Shown: positions 36,829-49,567 of the stretch, in pieces
Layout of the letters: each line of letters starts with the position of its first letter
Numbering within the stretch: position 1 is the stretch's first letter
Assembly: GCA_951406725.2 (NCBI GenBank)
Contig: OX597833.1
Coordinates: forward strand, 71,486,001 to 71,550,000
Origin: Octopus vulgaris
Taxonomy: Eukaryota
Length of the DNA stretch: 64,000 nt
Direction: 5' to 3'
Notes under the pieces: model-generated
Told to the model about the DNA's origin: nothing
Databases searched by the model: none
Seen by the model: the letters and a program-made list of their open reading frames with translations, nothing else
Translations under genes and position numbers: made by a program

Positions 36829-38274
36829 TATATATATATATATATATACATACATGTATACACATGTACAATGGTGTATGTTTGTAAAGCTGTCTATAGA
36901 GACATTGGAAATAAAATTCTGATAAGGCATTGAATGAAAAATAGAAATAGTTTATTTGGAATGAGTGAAGTGAGTGAGACAAAAGCCAGTTGTTTATGCG
37001 GTTCACCGTTGGAAGAACAGAGAATCAATGCCTGGTCCAGTTGGAAACTTGAACCAGCAATACTTTTGTTCCTGAAAAACACTTGATATTTAAGAAAAAA
37101 ACCCATATTCCCCGAGGAGCCTGAAGGCATCGGGCATGAGAAGGAATCAATGGGATTTAATTAGATTCCCGACACATTCTTCGTGGCTTCTCCTTCATTC
37201 AAGCAGTTTAATATATCATGAATAAATGCCAAACGAGTGACAACATCAAGTGTTGACCAAAGTTAATAAAATCTGAGGAATCAAAGATGTCGTTTAGTGG
37301 ATTCAATCCATCTTTGCCAGTTTCTGCAGGTAAGAAGCCTCTCATTGGCTCAAGTCTAGGTAGATGCCAATAAGAGATAAGTCAACCTGCTGGAACCAGG
37401 AGCTAAATATCCCTCACATAAAACCCTACCATCTTAAAAAAAAATGTAGTCCTAGATACACTTATTCTTAATAAATTAGAGGAACAGGATGGTTCCAGCA
37501 TTTCACCAAAGATGTGTTGGATTGAGTCTGACTTGGGACAAGCAACATCAAAGGTATTATGTGTGTGTGTGTGTAAAAAGGTTTAAATAATTACTGGTAT
37601 TGAATAGAGATGTTGACTGCATAAGACACACAATGGCTGGAGAGAAATCAGAGTATGATGGAGCAAAACTATCATCATCATCATCATCGTCAAATAGAAT
37701 TCAATATGGCAGGATGCTCTTCCTGTTGCCAACCCTTACATGCTTCCAAGCAAGGTAAATATTTCTCCATAACTGGACATGTTTTCAAGGAAGACTGGAA
37801 ATGAATGACACTGCTTGTATGACAGGGACACTCGTTTACAACTATCGTGCAAAGTCAAGACAAGGAGATACAAATTCACACACACATCTCTAAACAGCAA
37901 CTTGTATGCCATACTTAAAGCTGATACATCATTGAAAGCCTGCTAAACTGCAGTATATGCCTTGAGAAAGCATCTCTTATGGACATGTAACATTAAAAAA
38001 ACACAGAAATATATCAGTAGCAGAGGAATGGTGTCCAGCAGTGGTGGTTTTATTCCCAAATATGCATTTCTGCTTCTTTGGGATTCACCAGTAGCAAGGA
38101 GTTACTACACAGCCTAAGAGAAAATCTGCCACCACTGATAAATAGTAAAACAGTTTTAAGTATGATACACAGATTACTATTTTGAACTAATACTGCCTCC
38201 CTTCTTTCTGTGACTAAACCCTGAGACGTCAGCTAATTTGTTTCCATCATTAATAATGTATGTGTATATATATT

Positions 38275-38676
38275 TTATTGTTTACTTAGGGTTTTAGCCA
38301 TTAGGACCGTGGCCATGCTGGGGCACCACCTTGAAGAATTTTTAGTTGAATGAGTTGACCCCAGAATTTATTCTTTTTAAAGCCTGGTACTTATCGTAAC
38401 GGTCTCTTTTGCCAAAACCGCTAAGTTACGGGGACATAAACAAACCAACACTGGTTGTCAGGTGGTGGTGGGGAGCAAACTCAGACGCAAAGACACACTC
38501 ACACACAGATATATATATACGATGGGCTTCTTTTAGTTTCCATCTACCAAATCCACTCACAAGGCTTTGGACGGCCTGAGGTTATAATAGAAAACACTTT
38601 CCCAAGGTGCCACACAGTGGGACTGAACCCAGAACCCTGTGTGTGGGAAGCAAGCTTTTTACCACACAGCCACGCC
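38275..38676 (-). mobile_element. SINE family A, older subfamily
   Basis: Colinear similarity to family A copies. Confidence 0.8.
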
Positions 38677-39166
38677 TGTAGACATGCTGATCTGCTTTTA
38701 GTTTCCTTTCACAAGTTTGGGTGGCCTGGTACTGAGACACTTGCTCAAGGTAGACTGCAGCAGGACTGAACCCCAAACCACAAGGTCAGCAATCCAATTC
38801 CTCAGCCACATGGCCACTTCTGGACCTCTTGTTATACAATGTTAAGCAACAAGACAGGTAGAAAGCAAATTAGCTGATGTTTCATCCAGGAACATATCTT
38901 AAGGTTAAGTCAAAGAAGGACCGGACTGACCCGAAAACTCTGCAGCAGGGCCTCAGAGATTGATGGAGTGGAGGGCAGGTTAGGAACGATCCCCAGATCA
39001 TAGACCTGGTACAAATGTTTGCAGCAGTGTTGACTATGCTAAAGGGGCCCAAAAGTGACGGATGGTTGTGTTGAAGTGGATGATGGATTAGATCTACCAT
39101 CCATTAAGGGAATTAACAGCATAAGGTGATATGTGTGTGTGTAACAGAGGTTGTGGAACTGGTATA

Positions 39167-39844
39167 GGATCTTTACCCTTTGACCTACAGATTTAAAAAA
39201 TAATTCTTTGTAACTAAACACTTTCAAACTTTGGACACTGGTAGAATGTGTCATATAAAACATCTTTTACTCTTAGCATTTTTGAGAAAAACTTATATTT
39301 ACAAAGTTATTTCATGTTAAAGTTGTCGTATTTCGGTAATTTCAACCAATCAATGACGTGTATTCAGCTGAATAAAATTTCTGCCGTTGTTTGTCAACAA
39401 CAGCTATCGGCAGTGTATATTTCGTTTGTCACTGTTATCTATGACAACATTCGTGCGTTTGTACTGGTTTTAGCTTTAAGGTTTTAGGGTTAGTGTTTGG
39501 GTTTTAGGGCTAGAGTTAGGGATATGGTTTTAGGGCTAGGGTTAAGGTTAAGGTTTTAGGGCTAGGGTTGTCATAAATAACAGTGACAAATATACACCGC
39601 CGGAAGTTCTTTTTGACAAACAACAGCAGTAATTTTGTTCAGCTGAATACATGTCATTGATTGGTTGAAATTACTGAAATACGACAACTTTAACGTGAAA
39701 TAACTTTGTAAAATATAAGTTTTTCTCAAAAATGCTAAGAGTAAAAGATGTTTTATATGACACATTCTACCAGTGTCCGAAGTTTGAAAGTGTTTAGTTA
39801 CAAAAAATTATTTTTTAAATCTGTTGGTCAAAAGGTAAAGATCC
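39167..39844. mobile_element. Fold-back Merlin-like MITE with ~280-bp TIRs and a telomere-like central spacer
   Basis: GGATCTTTACC...GGTAAAGATCC termini; 8-bp TSD CTGGTATA (39159-39166, 39845-39852); degenerate TTAGGG/TTTTAGGG/CTAGGG array at ~39467-39569. Confidence 0.92.
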
Positions 39845-39925
39845 CTGGTATAGATTTGGATTTACACCTGCTGGGTGATAAAAAATACAAGTATATGGCG
39901 TCAGTAGAAGGCAGTTGTGATAAAC

Positions 39926-40221
39926 CAGGGGTTTGGGGTACATTTTTAACCAATTACCCCAAAATATATTTAGTTACCCCTAAGTTGATTCGAAAGGAAG
40001 AAAATCATAGATTCTTTGAATTCAAAGGGTTCACCTGAGTCTAGTTCCATGTCCCTTTACACTGGACAGATGCACTTTTGTCAGAAGAAAAAATTCTGTT
40101 GTAACAAGGGTTAGGGTTTTTTTTTAATGTAATTTTACTTACGTCTGATGAGTCCTCATTATCCCCAAGAATTTCATTTTTACCCCATTTGGGGTAATTT
40201 ACCCCGGTTCGCCAACCCCTG
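39926..40221. mobile_element. Degenerate hAT-like MITE
   Basis: CAGGGGTT...AACCCCTG termini; imperfect 8-bp TSD TGATAAAC/TGATAGAA. Confidence 0.5.
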
Positions 40222-41329
40222 TGATAGAAGATGACCAGAGAAGGCAGGGATGAGAGGGGATTCAGAGGAAAGACAACCTGCTGAACTGCAAGGGACCCGA
40301 CCGGATCAATGTAGGGCTAAGCTGAACCATTGCAAGCACCTTAAATGGTCAGGCTCGACTTGTTGGAAACAGGAGCCAAATATCCCTAAAAATGACATAC
40401 AAGGCAAGCAGAGTGAGGGCATAGGAGTTTACTTTGAAACAATGTGATTCTGGGTTCAATCCCACTGCACAGCACCTTGGGGGTTTTCTGTTGTAGCTTC
40501 TATCTTGTGAGGACATCTAATAGATTGGAAATTCTGCAGAAGCCTGGTGTGTGTGTGTGTGAGAGAGAGAAAGGGTTTTGTGTACATTCGTATCAAACAA
40601 TGCAGTTTTCAATCTCTTTGTGCCAAAAAGTGACCAAGCCATTTGATAAACAAACAATTAAAATCCGTGACTAAAGTTTTTGACAAAAACCCCTTGAAAT
40701 CATTTTCCCCCCAACAATGATCAAAATCCGAATGACTGGAACCAATAAAAGACTAAAAGAGTGAAGGAATGTAGTATTTCCTTTCGCTTTGCCTCCAAAT
40801 CTTGTCGATTCTGCCGAGAGAATATGAATGGAAACTTTGGAACATTTTAAAAGACTGTGAAACGAATGTAAGAAACCGAGAAACCCTTGTTTTAACATCT
40901 TTTTTAAAGAAAATTCAATGTTTATCCCTAAAGTCAGCCATAATGACAGAAACCTATAATTATAGCTATTCCAGAGGTGACCATCCAGTCTGTTTTTTTT
41001 AATACTGAGCATTACATTACATAATATCAGTGACCTGCCAAAATTTTCAGGCTCTAAGAACACCTTAATGAACAGGTATGACAAGGCGACAGGAAATTTT
41101 GTATCCCTTCACATCAACAACTTCCCAACTAACCCTTAAATATGTCCATCTGCAATATTGTTTGGAGTATTGTACATATATACACAGATGCACTGAGGTA
41201 CCTGAGAATATACACACACATATATAAACACAAACACGAATGTGTGTGTGTATATGTTCACACGAAAGTTAACACAGAAATCCTTGCGCTCATCACATTA
41301 AATAATGTTAGTATTATATATATAAATAC

Positions 41330-41393
<64 letters not shown>

Positions 41394-43212
41394 ATATATA
41401 TGGGGAGAGAGGGAGAGAGAATATATTATGTTACGCAACCCAGGGAGGCCTCTAGTTTCCTTCGACCTACTAGAAATAACAATTGTCTACCTCAAATCAC
41501 ACCCTAACATCTTAAAAAAGGGACATATTGAGTAAAATAGCCCCAAATATATTATGTCTGAACCCCCAAAAATACGAGGTGATCACGGCTGGAATGCTTT
41601 GAACTGACCTGGGGTTCTATGTAATCATGTGTGTACGTACACACACATACACATTCGCACATTATATAAAGAGCCTCTTACACACGAGATACAAGGAAAA
41701 AGCACGTGTTATTGTAATTTAATCACATCATTAACTGGAGAATGTTGTGCGTAAATTGCGGTTTTTTTATAAATTATTTAGGTCTGTGTTTGTTTTTGAA
41801 ATTCTTTCCACGTTTTTGGTGAAGTTCGTCCGTCAAAGCACAGAAACTAACAATAACAATATATACAAATTGCCACTTCTACTGTTAAGAATAATAATAA
41901 ATATATCAAACATAAAAGATCTTTCGCCTCGTTTCTTGGGCGGATGGCGCCAGATATTCTCTCCGTTTGAATTATAACAAAATAATGGATTATATCTAGA
42001 ATTACACCCCGCGAACATGTTTTTTGTTTTTGTTGCAGTCGTTTAGGGGAAAGGAGTGAGCCCTGATCGAAGAGACAGATCCATCATCAAAGGGGTTCTA
42101 AGCATGGACACCCTTAATTTTCTCAATGTATTCTTTTTTTAAGACAACATATTATGAGTTGAGGAAGATTTGCCTGCTGTTTCTAGCCGGTCGAACGACT
42201 GCATATTGGCCTCTCTGCTCGTCTGTCCCATCTTGAACGAAGAACAAAAAGTATCAGCGAAACACACGAAAGTCTGAAGTTTGAGCAGATAAAAAACAAT
42301 GACCTTAAATATACACTTTATGTACCCCGATCACGTACCTGCATGTGTGTGTGTGTGAGTATGGGAAGAAAGGACTGTGTGTGTGTGTTTGTATATGGAT
42401 ATATTGTCAAATGAGTGACAAAGAGAGAGAAAGGCAGAATTGAAAATCGGATTAAGAAATGGAGTTTGGTAACAAATATGACGACTTTTGGCAAAATAAG
42501 GAGAGGAGGAAGGAAGAAGAGAGATGCAATGAACTCTACCTACACACACACATTTATCTATCTGTCTATTATCTATCTACATATATATATCTATTCACAG
42601 ACGGAGTTAATCGATGGCGTACTTGAAACAAGGCGAAAGAAAACAGAGAAAGAAATTATTTTAAAAAAACTAGAAGGAAGTTTCTTTCTTTCCTCCGTTT
42701 ACCTCTCAAGTCCTTCATGAAATCCTTTTCTTTCTCTCTTTCTTTTGTCTAATCAAGTCTCTTCACTTCCTCTCTTTGTTCGAATCCTTCTTCCTTCCTC
42801 TGTATCTTTCTCTTTGTCTCTGATTCACACAAATCTCTCTTTCCCGCCCTTTCTCTCTCTTCCTCTCTCACACACACACACACTCTCTCTCTCTCTCCCT
42901 CTCTTTCTCTCTCCGCGGATCTTTCTTACCTTTTTAAACATTTGTCACTTTCCTTCTTCTTTATTATTTAAATCTCTAATCTATATTTTATTTTCAAACT
43001 CTCTCCTTCACTCAGTCCCTCTTCTAACCTCCTCGGCTCCAGTCTTTCCTTTTCACGCTTTTGTCACATTCTTTCTCTCTCCATCTATTCTTCTTCCACA
43101 CCATTTCTCTCTTCCCTGCTTTATCTCCTCCACTCCCACCAACCAACCAAGCAATCGAGTAACCGCCAGAAGAACAGTTATTCATGAGAAAGGCAGCAAA
43201 ATACTTACTCAC

Positions 43213-44080
43213 GTGGCTATAGCAGTACAATTACAACAAACCGTCGTCGTCGTCCGCCAACAACACGAACCTCATCCGACAACAACATTCGTTCTCTGCT
43301 TCTTTCTGCTTTTGTTGCACCCAGCATCGTCTTTTTAATTAAATCCTCGATTAATCCAGACTCCACTGCATCATTTCGACAATCCACACATGCTTCCTGG
43401 TCTATCAATTATATAATCGCCAGCATCAATGATGAGGAGAGAGAGAGAAAGCTTCATCAAAGCGGCTCCGTTTTTCTTTAAACATTTTCCATTTCTTCTT
43501 CTCGTCTCTTTCCTTCTCTCAACTCTTTTAATTCTTTCATTCCGATCGACCGCTCTTCTTGTCTCGATTCCTTACGTTTTCTTCTTTCTCGACCCTCAGA
43601 AACAGTAAAACACTGCCACACTAAATAAATAAAAGGGATCACCTCAACAAATATCCTTTTTGTCTCTTCATCAATTTCTCGGTTCCACTTTTTCCCTTTT
43701 TTCTCTTTTTTCAAAAAATTTAATCGATTACCTCCCTTGTTTACGACTGAATTTACGATGTTTTTTTCCGTCATTTTCCGGCATTTCCCGTCAAATCTTC
43801 TCCCAAAACACATCATGGCAGTCGGCTTCAAATCCTGCTCTCCACTCCTCAAACATTTCCCCCCAACTTTATTTATTACCACTACAAATGTGGCTGCATT
43901 TCTAGTTCTAACCATCGTTCTTACAACTGTTGTGTTGTATATACACTCGATATTAATCGTTAACTCAATGTAGATAGATATACAAGGCCTCAAACGTCTT
44001 CACTCCATGTCTCTCTTGGCTCAATCACATCCGACCAACCTTCTCAGAACTCGCTCACACACACACGCGCTAAGCCATTC
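43213..44080 (-). other. Candidate non-coding first exon / promoter-proximal region of the ZNF gene
   Basis: Largely repeat-free, CpG-retaining block ending in a strong donor on the minus strand (CAC|GTGAGTAAGTAT, 43212-43201). The link to the 29397 acceptor and the 5' boundary are inferred. Confidence 0.45.
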
Positions 44081-44272
44081 TTTTCTTCTGTCGCCCTTTT
44101 TCTATTTCTTTCTTACTCCCTTCTCCTATAATTTTTCAAGTCAGATACAATAGGCTCTTATATATAATACAACAATCAACTCACGCTTGAGCTAAGTAGG
44201 GAGAGACTATGTTGTCTCGATTTACTAGAAATAAAAGCAAATCTCCTTCAAATCATACCTGTCTGATGATTT

Positions 44273-44665
44273 GGCGCAGGAGTGGCTGTGTGGTAAGTAG
44301 CTTGCTAACCAACCACATGGTTCCGGGTTCAGTCCCACTGCGTGGTATCTTGGGCAAGTGTCTTCTGCTATAGCCCCGGGCCGACCAATGCCTTGTGAGT
44401 AGATTTGGTAGACGGAAAACTGAAAGAAGCCCACCGTATATATGTATATATATATATATGTGTGTGTGTTTGTCCCCCTAGCATTGCTTGACAACCGATG
44501 CTGGTGTGTTTACGTCCCCGTAACTTAGCGGTTCGGCAAAAGAGACCGATAGAATAAGTACTGGGCTTACAAAGAATAAGTCTCGGGGTCGATTTGCTCG
44601 ACTAAAGGCGGTGCTCCAGCATGGTCGCAGTCAAATGACTGAAACAAGTAAAAGAGAGAAAAGAG
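44273..44665 (+). mobile_element. SINE family A (tRNA head, CORE-like CTTGGGCAAGTGTCTT, internal (TA)/(TG) run); possibly the octopus OR2 family
   Basis: A-box TGGCTGTGTGG, B-box GGTTCAGTCCC, GTAAAAGAG tail; at least six full-length copies in the window. The family name is from memory and unverified. Confidence 0.9.
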
Positions 44666-44689
44666 AAGAGGCCTATTCCCCATTTTATG

Positions 44690-45135
44690 TAGGAGGGGTG
44701 GCCACAACAAGACACACACCAGGCATTCCATTCCTTTCCCAATTCAAAGAGGCGAGCCCCATTCTATGTTCGGGTCACGACATAGAATGCAACCCCCAAT
44801 ATCAGCAGAGGGGCCCAACAGCATATGCTGGTTTACAACCCACCCCACCCCGCCGCATCATGTTGGTTCCGTACTCCTTTCAGCAACATCGAATTCACTC
44901 ATCCCTCCACAAACACTCTCCAAGCTTTCCTATCATTTACAAACTCTCTTGCCTCTCTCTCACTCCAACACCTCTGACCACCAAAGCTTTCCTCACTCCA
45001 TCCATCCACACAAACCGAGGTCTGCCTCTGGTTCTGCTGCCCACCACTTCTGCCTTCATCACCCTCCTTTCCGTCCGCTCCATCCATCCTCTCCATGGGG
45101 CCAAACCACCTCAACAGTCGTCCATCCATTTTGAC
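44690..45135 (-). mobile_element. RTE-clade LINE 3' fragment
   Basis: Minus-strand translations LLRWFGPMERMD and RTRGRPRFVWMDGVRKAL...DRKAWR match the RTE C-terminal pattern. Confidence 0.75.
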
Positions 45136-45290
45136 AAGGCTTCATGCAAATATCCATTCTGTCGAATCATATTCATTCGTCTCTGGAAGGAACGAACGAC
45201 AAATTTGAGTTTAGTGGGACCTGGACTCGGAATGTGGTAGGCTGTAATTGTATTACGAAATGAAATAACCAGTTGTAATTTTATATTTAA

Positions 45291-45501
45291 CCCTTTTGTT
45301 ACTGTATTTCTGTTGAGATGCTCTGTGTTTCTTTCAATTACTTTAAATATAACAAAGAATTTAGTAAAATAACTTACTTATCATTCAGCTAGTGTTAGGA
45401 ACATAAATTGTGACTAAGGTTTGGTGGAAGATTTTAATTCAGAACTTATGAAAACAAGACATTTGTATGATGGAGCTAGAGCCGGGTTGGTAACGAAAGG
45501 G
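45291..45501 (+). mobile_element. piggyBac-type MITE, copy 3
   Basis: TTAA|CCCTTT...GAAAGGG|TTAA. Confidence 0.9.
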
Positions 45502-45841
45502 TTAAATACATGTATCGTACATAAAACTGAAGCTGGTCCTCTGTGGATCACATCCCTACTTCTCAACATAGTCACCGTTTCTCTCAATAGCAATGTTCCA
45601 CCTTTGAATGTGACTTGCTGTGTGTATATGTATGTACATAGGTGTAAGCAAAATAGATGGACATATAAATATTGGCAAACGTTTGGTATTGACAGATGAC
45701 ATCGTTCACCCCCACAACCTCCCCTCATGACATTGATAAAGAGACTAGGCTGAAAAAGAGAGTGAATAATGTCTCCTCATACTAACACTCTGTAGACCAA
45801 TACTGAACTACTGCCTATGTATATATATATATATATATATA

Positions 45842-46352
45842 TCATCATCATCATCATCATTTAACATCTGCTTTCCATGCTAGCATGGGTTGGACGATTT
45901 GATTGATGTCTGGCAAACCAGATGGCTGCACCAGGCTCCAGTCTGATCTGGCAGAGTTTCTACGGCTGGATGCCCTTCCTAATGCCAACTACTCCGAGAG
46001 TGTAGTGGGTGCTTTTATGTGCCACTGGCATGAGGGCCAGTCAGGCGGTACTGGCAACGGCCATGTTCAAATGGTGCTTTTTATGTGCCAACTGCACAGG
46101 AGCCAGTCCAGCGGCACTGGCAACGACCTCGCTCATATATAGGCTGTAGTTCAGTATATGTACATATATATATATATATATCATCATCGTTTAACAACCG
46201 CTTTCCATGCTAGCATGGGTTGGACGGTTCAACTGGGTTCTGGGAAGCCAGAAGACTGCATCAGGCCCAGTCATATCTGGCAGTGTTTCTACAGCTGGAT
46301 GCCCTTCCTAACGCCAACCACTCCATGAGTGTAGTGGGTGCTTTTTACGTGA
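45842..46352 (-). mobile_element. Two tandem family D copies (45842-46135, 46181-46352)
   Basis: Each begins with (CAT)n and carries the core motif. Confidence 0.82.
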
Positions 46353-47118
46353 TATATATACATATATGAAAGCGTATGTATACATATGCATGTTTGTGTG
46401 TGTGTGTATATTTATGTGTGTCTGTGTGTATGTGCCTGTATGAATATATTTATGCACATGCTACCATATAATATAACTGAAAGTATAGATTAATATACAG
46501 AGATACAACTGCAAATACGAGTGTATATTATTTCTCTATGTAGAAATGCTGATGAATAAATTAACATATGTATATACATTTAGTTATCTGTATATACACG
46601 TGTGTGTGTGTGTGTGTGTATTCATATTGTAATTTTTATGCTTAGAGGGAATACAAAGGAGTGACAGAGAGAGAGAGGAGAAATGGAAAGAAAGGAAGAG
46701 ACGTAAACAAGAGACTATGGCACTACAACCAGCCAGGAACAGTCTTTGCTACATTTGCGGTACCTGCCATAGGGAGTGTTTGTCCAGGATAGGACTACAC
46801 AGCCACTGCAGGAGACGTATCAGGACATGAAATGTAAAAGCCGGACTAGACTACTTTATGCGCAACTCCATTATCTCCCAAGACAGAAAGGATGCCAACC
46901 AACCAATACCAATGCTTATATATTTATAACACAAGTTAAAATAAAAATCTGGAAAATATGATATTCTTTAGATTCTGAATTTATAAATATTTCAATATTG
47001 AAAGTGTTTCGTTTCATCAGAAACAGATTTGTGTTAAAACTTGCTTCTACCATCTTAACAAGAAGACAGAGATCAGCATCCTTTCCTACCTTTACTACAC
47101 ATGTCTCTTTCCTACCTT

Positions 47119-47121
<3 letters not shown>

Positions 47122-47181
<60 letters not shown>

Positions 47182-47302
47182 ATACTTCTTGTTGTTTTTG
47201 TTGTTGTTGTTGTTGTTGTTGTTGTTCTTCTTCTTCTTCTTCTTCTTCTTCTTCTTCTTCTTCTTCTTCTTCTTCTTCTTCTTCTTCTTCTTCTTCTTCT
47301 TC
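47122..47302. repeat. Compound microsatellite (CT)n-(TTG)n-(TTC)n
   Basis: Direct inspection. Confidence 0.97.
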
Positions 47303-47589
47303 TCCTCCTTTCTACTTCTCTCTTTCTCTATTCCTTATAAATCCCTTGTGACATACAAATAAGGAAATACCCCAACTCATGCACCCTTAGCAATACTCCA
47401 TCATCCCTTTACCCTGAGGGTATGTCCTGGCACACCACCACCACCAACACTCTCCCCCCCCAACTGGAGCAGCCCATGCATCTCTTCCGTAGCAAGACAC
47501 CTGTTTCTGCTCCTCTCATCACCTGGGGCACAGCCTCCTCCTCCTCCAGTGACCCCTCTCCTCTCAAAGGACCCTTGTCTTGCAAATTA

Positions 47590-48231
47590 GGTGGTGACCC
47601 TGCCAGTGTTGGTGCTATGTAGAAAGCATTCAGACCACACTGTGAAGTGGTTGGCATTTGGAAGGGCATCCAGCTGAAGAAACCATGCCAAAGCAGATCT
47701 TGCTGGCACTGCAGAAAAAAGCACCCAGACCATTCTGTAAAGTGGTTCGTGTTTAGGAAAGGCATCCAGCTGGAAAAACCATGCCAAAACATGGTGAAGT
47801 CCTCTGGCTTGCCAGCCCCTGTCAAGCCATCCAACCTTTGCCAGCATAGGTTTTGATGGCACGTAAAAAGCACCATCCGATCGTGGCCATTGCCAGCCTT
47901 GCCTGGCCCCCGTGCCGGTGGCATGTAAAAAGCACCATTCAATCGTGGCCATTGCCTGCCTCGCTTGGCCCCCGTGCCGGTGGCACGTAAAAAGCACCAT
48001 CCGACCGTGGCCGTTTGCCAGCCCCATCTGGCAGCTGTGCAGGTGGCACGTAAAAAGCACCCACTACACTCACGGAGTGGTTGGCGTTAGGAAGGGCATC
48101 CAGCCGTAGAAACATTGCCGGATCAGACTGGGCCTGGTGCAGCCTTCTGGCTTCCCAGACCCCAGTTGAACCGTCCAACCCATGCTAGCATGGAAAGCAG
48201 ACGCTAAACGATGATGATGATGATGATGATG
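47590..48231 (+). mobile_element. Family D cluster with four ~61-bp internal tandem units
   Basis: GGCACGTAAAAAGCACC recurs at ~47858, 47920, 47982 and 48045; (GAT)n tail at ~48210-48231. Confidence 0.85.
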
Positions 48232-49099
48232 TCCATGAAATGGGTTTTGTGTGTTGTAATGAAACAATGGTAACTACAATTTTACAATAGTATCATAAAC
48301 TCCAGTTTTTTGTTTTAAGATCATTTAATCAGCCTATTCATGCTTAGGCGAGATTAGCAAACTCCAAATTCCTCTGATGCAGCAATCCTGCACATTAAAC
48401 AATCCCACATTTGATCAACTAAGATTCTACAGAGATTGAGAAATTTAACACTGTCCAATCATTATCAAAGCCACACCACACTGCTTGGAATTGAGAACAT
48501 TTTAAAGAAGAAAGATGGCAGTGAAACTAACAATATTCGACCAGTATAAGGGGTGGGGTGGGGTGGGGTGGTGGGTATTTCAGCAGACTTACAGAGAAAT
48601 GCCTAACCGCAGTATTCTGCTGCTGAAATTAAATGTGGACAGAACTGCATATTCTACGAACTTTTTTACCTTTCACTCTACCTGCAACCATTTCACTTCA
48701 TAATGCTGCCCCTCTCTACTCACATTTTACATTGATCACTTTTCTCTGCCACCAGATTATCTCCCTTCCTACCACATTCATATCTCACTCTCTCTTTCTC
48801 TATGACTGCTTCTCTCTTCATACTCGTGCAATCCCTGCAATCACACATCATCTCCCTCTCTGTCTCTGCTCCCTTCTTATTGTATCATTAAATACATACA
48901 CACACATGTACATACATCCATCAGTACACACATGTACTTATACGTGCATATGTATGTATGCATGCATGTGTGCATATGTATGTATGTGTATGTACGTATG
49001 TATGTATATGTTTATGTATGTATGTATTTATTTATGTATGTATGTGTGTGTGTTTGTGTATATGTATGTTCTCTTTCTCTTTCTAATTTAGAATAAATC

Positions 49100-49370
49100 T
49101 TGACCCCTCACCTTTCTTGGCAGCAAGGTTGTGAAAGAAAGCATCTTGGTTTGTTCGTTATCCTTTAAATCTTAAAAAGGTCTTTTGCAAATTTTTATAG
49201 CCCCAGAAATCCTGATCATTTGTAGCCTATGAATTAAGGATTTGCATTCTCTCCCCAAGATCCCAAGTTCATCCATACTCTGCTCCAGACTGCTTACTAT
49301 GTATCCGGTTGCTCCAGTGTCTGGATGTGTGTTAGCATTAATCAATTGCCTCAACCAAGTCCATATATTT
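49100..49370 (-). mobile_element. Degenerate R4/NeSL-like non-LTR 3' fragment next to a (TATG)n array
   Basis: GATGYIVSSL...LIHRLQMIRISGAIKICK aligns by eye with the peptide at 56193-56416. Confidence 0.55.
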
Positions 49371-49567
49371 ATCCCAGCATTATCATCATCACCACCACCA
49401 CCACCACCACCACCAGACTGGAGTCTGGTGCAGCCTTCCAGTTTGCCTTCCCTGGTCAATCTGTCTAACCCATGTCAGCATGGACAACAGACGTTAAATG
49501 ATGATGACGATGCTGACACATATATCTTTTACACACACACACACACACATGTATATATATATACATA

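Noticed and set aside
43737-43973. 78-aa plus-strand ORF with a hydrophobic C-terminus
   Set aside because: No homology or splice support; the hydrophobicity is explained by T/C-rich composition, and it is antisense to the candidate ZNF first exon.
47850-48065. Regularly spaced repeats resembling a CRISPR array
   Set aside because: The spacers are homologous to each other, the context is eukaryotic and there are no cas genes; these are internal units of family D.
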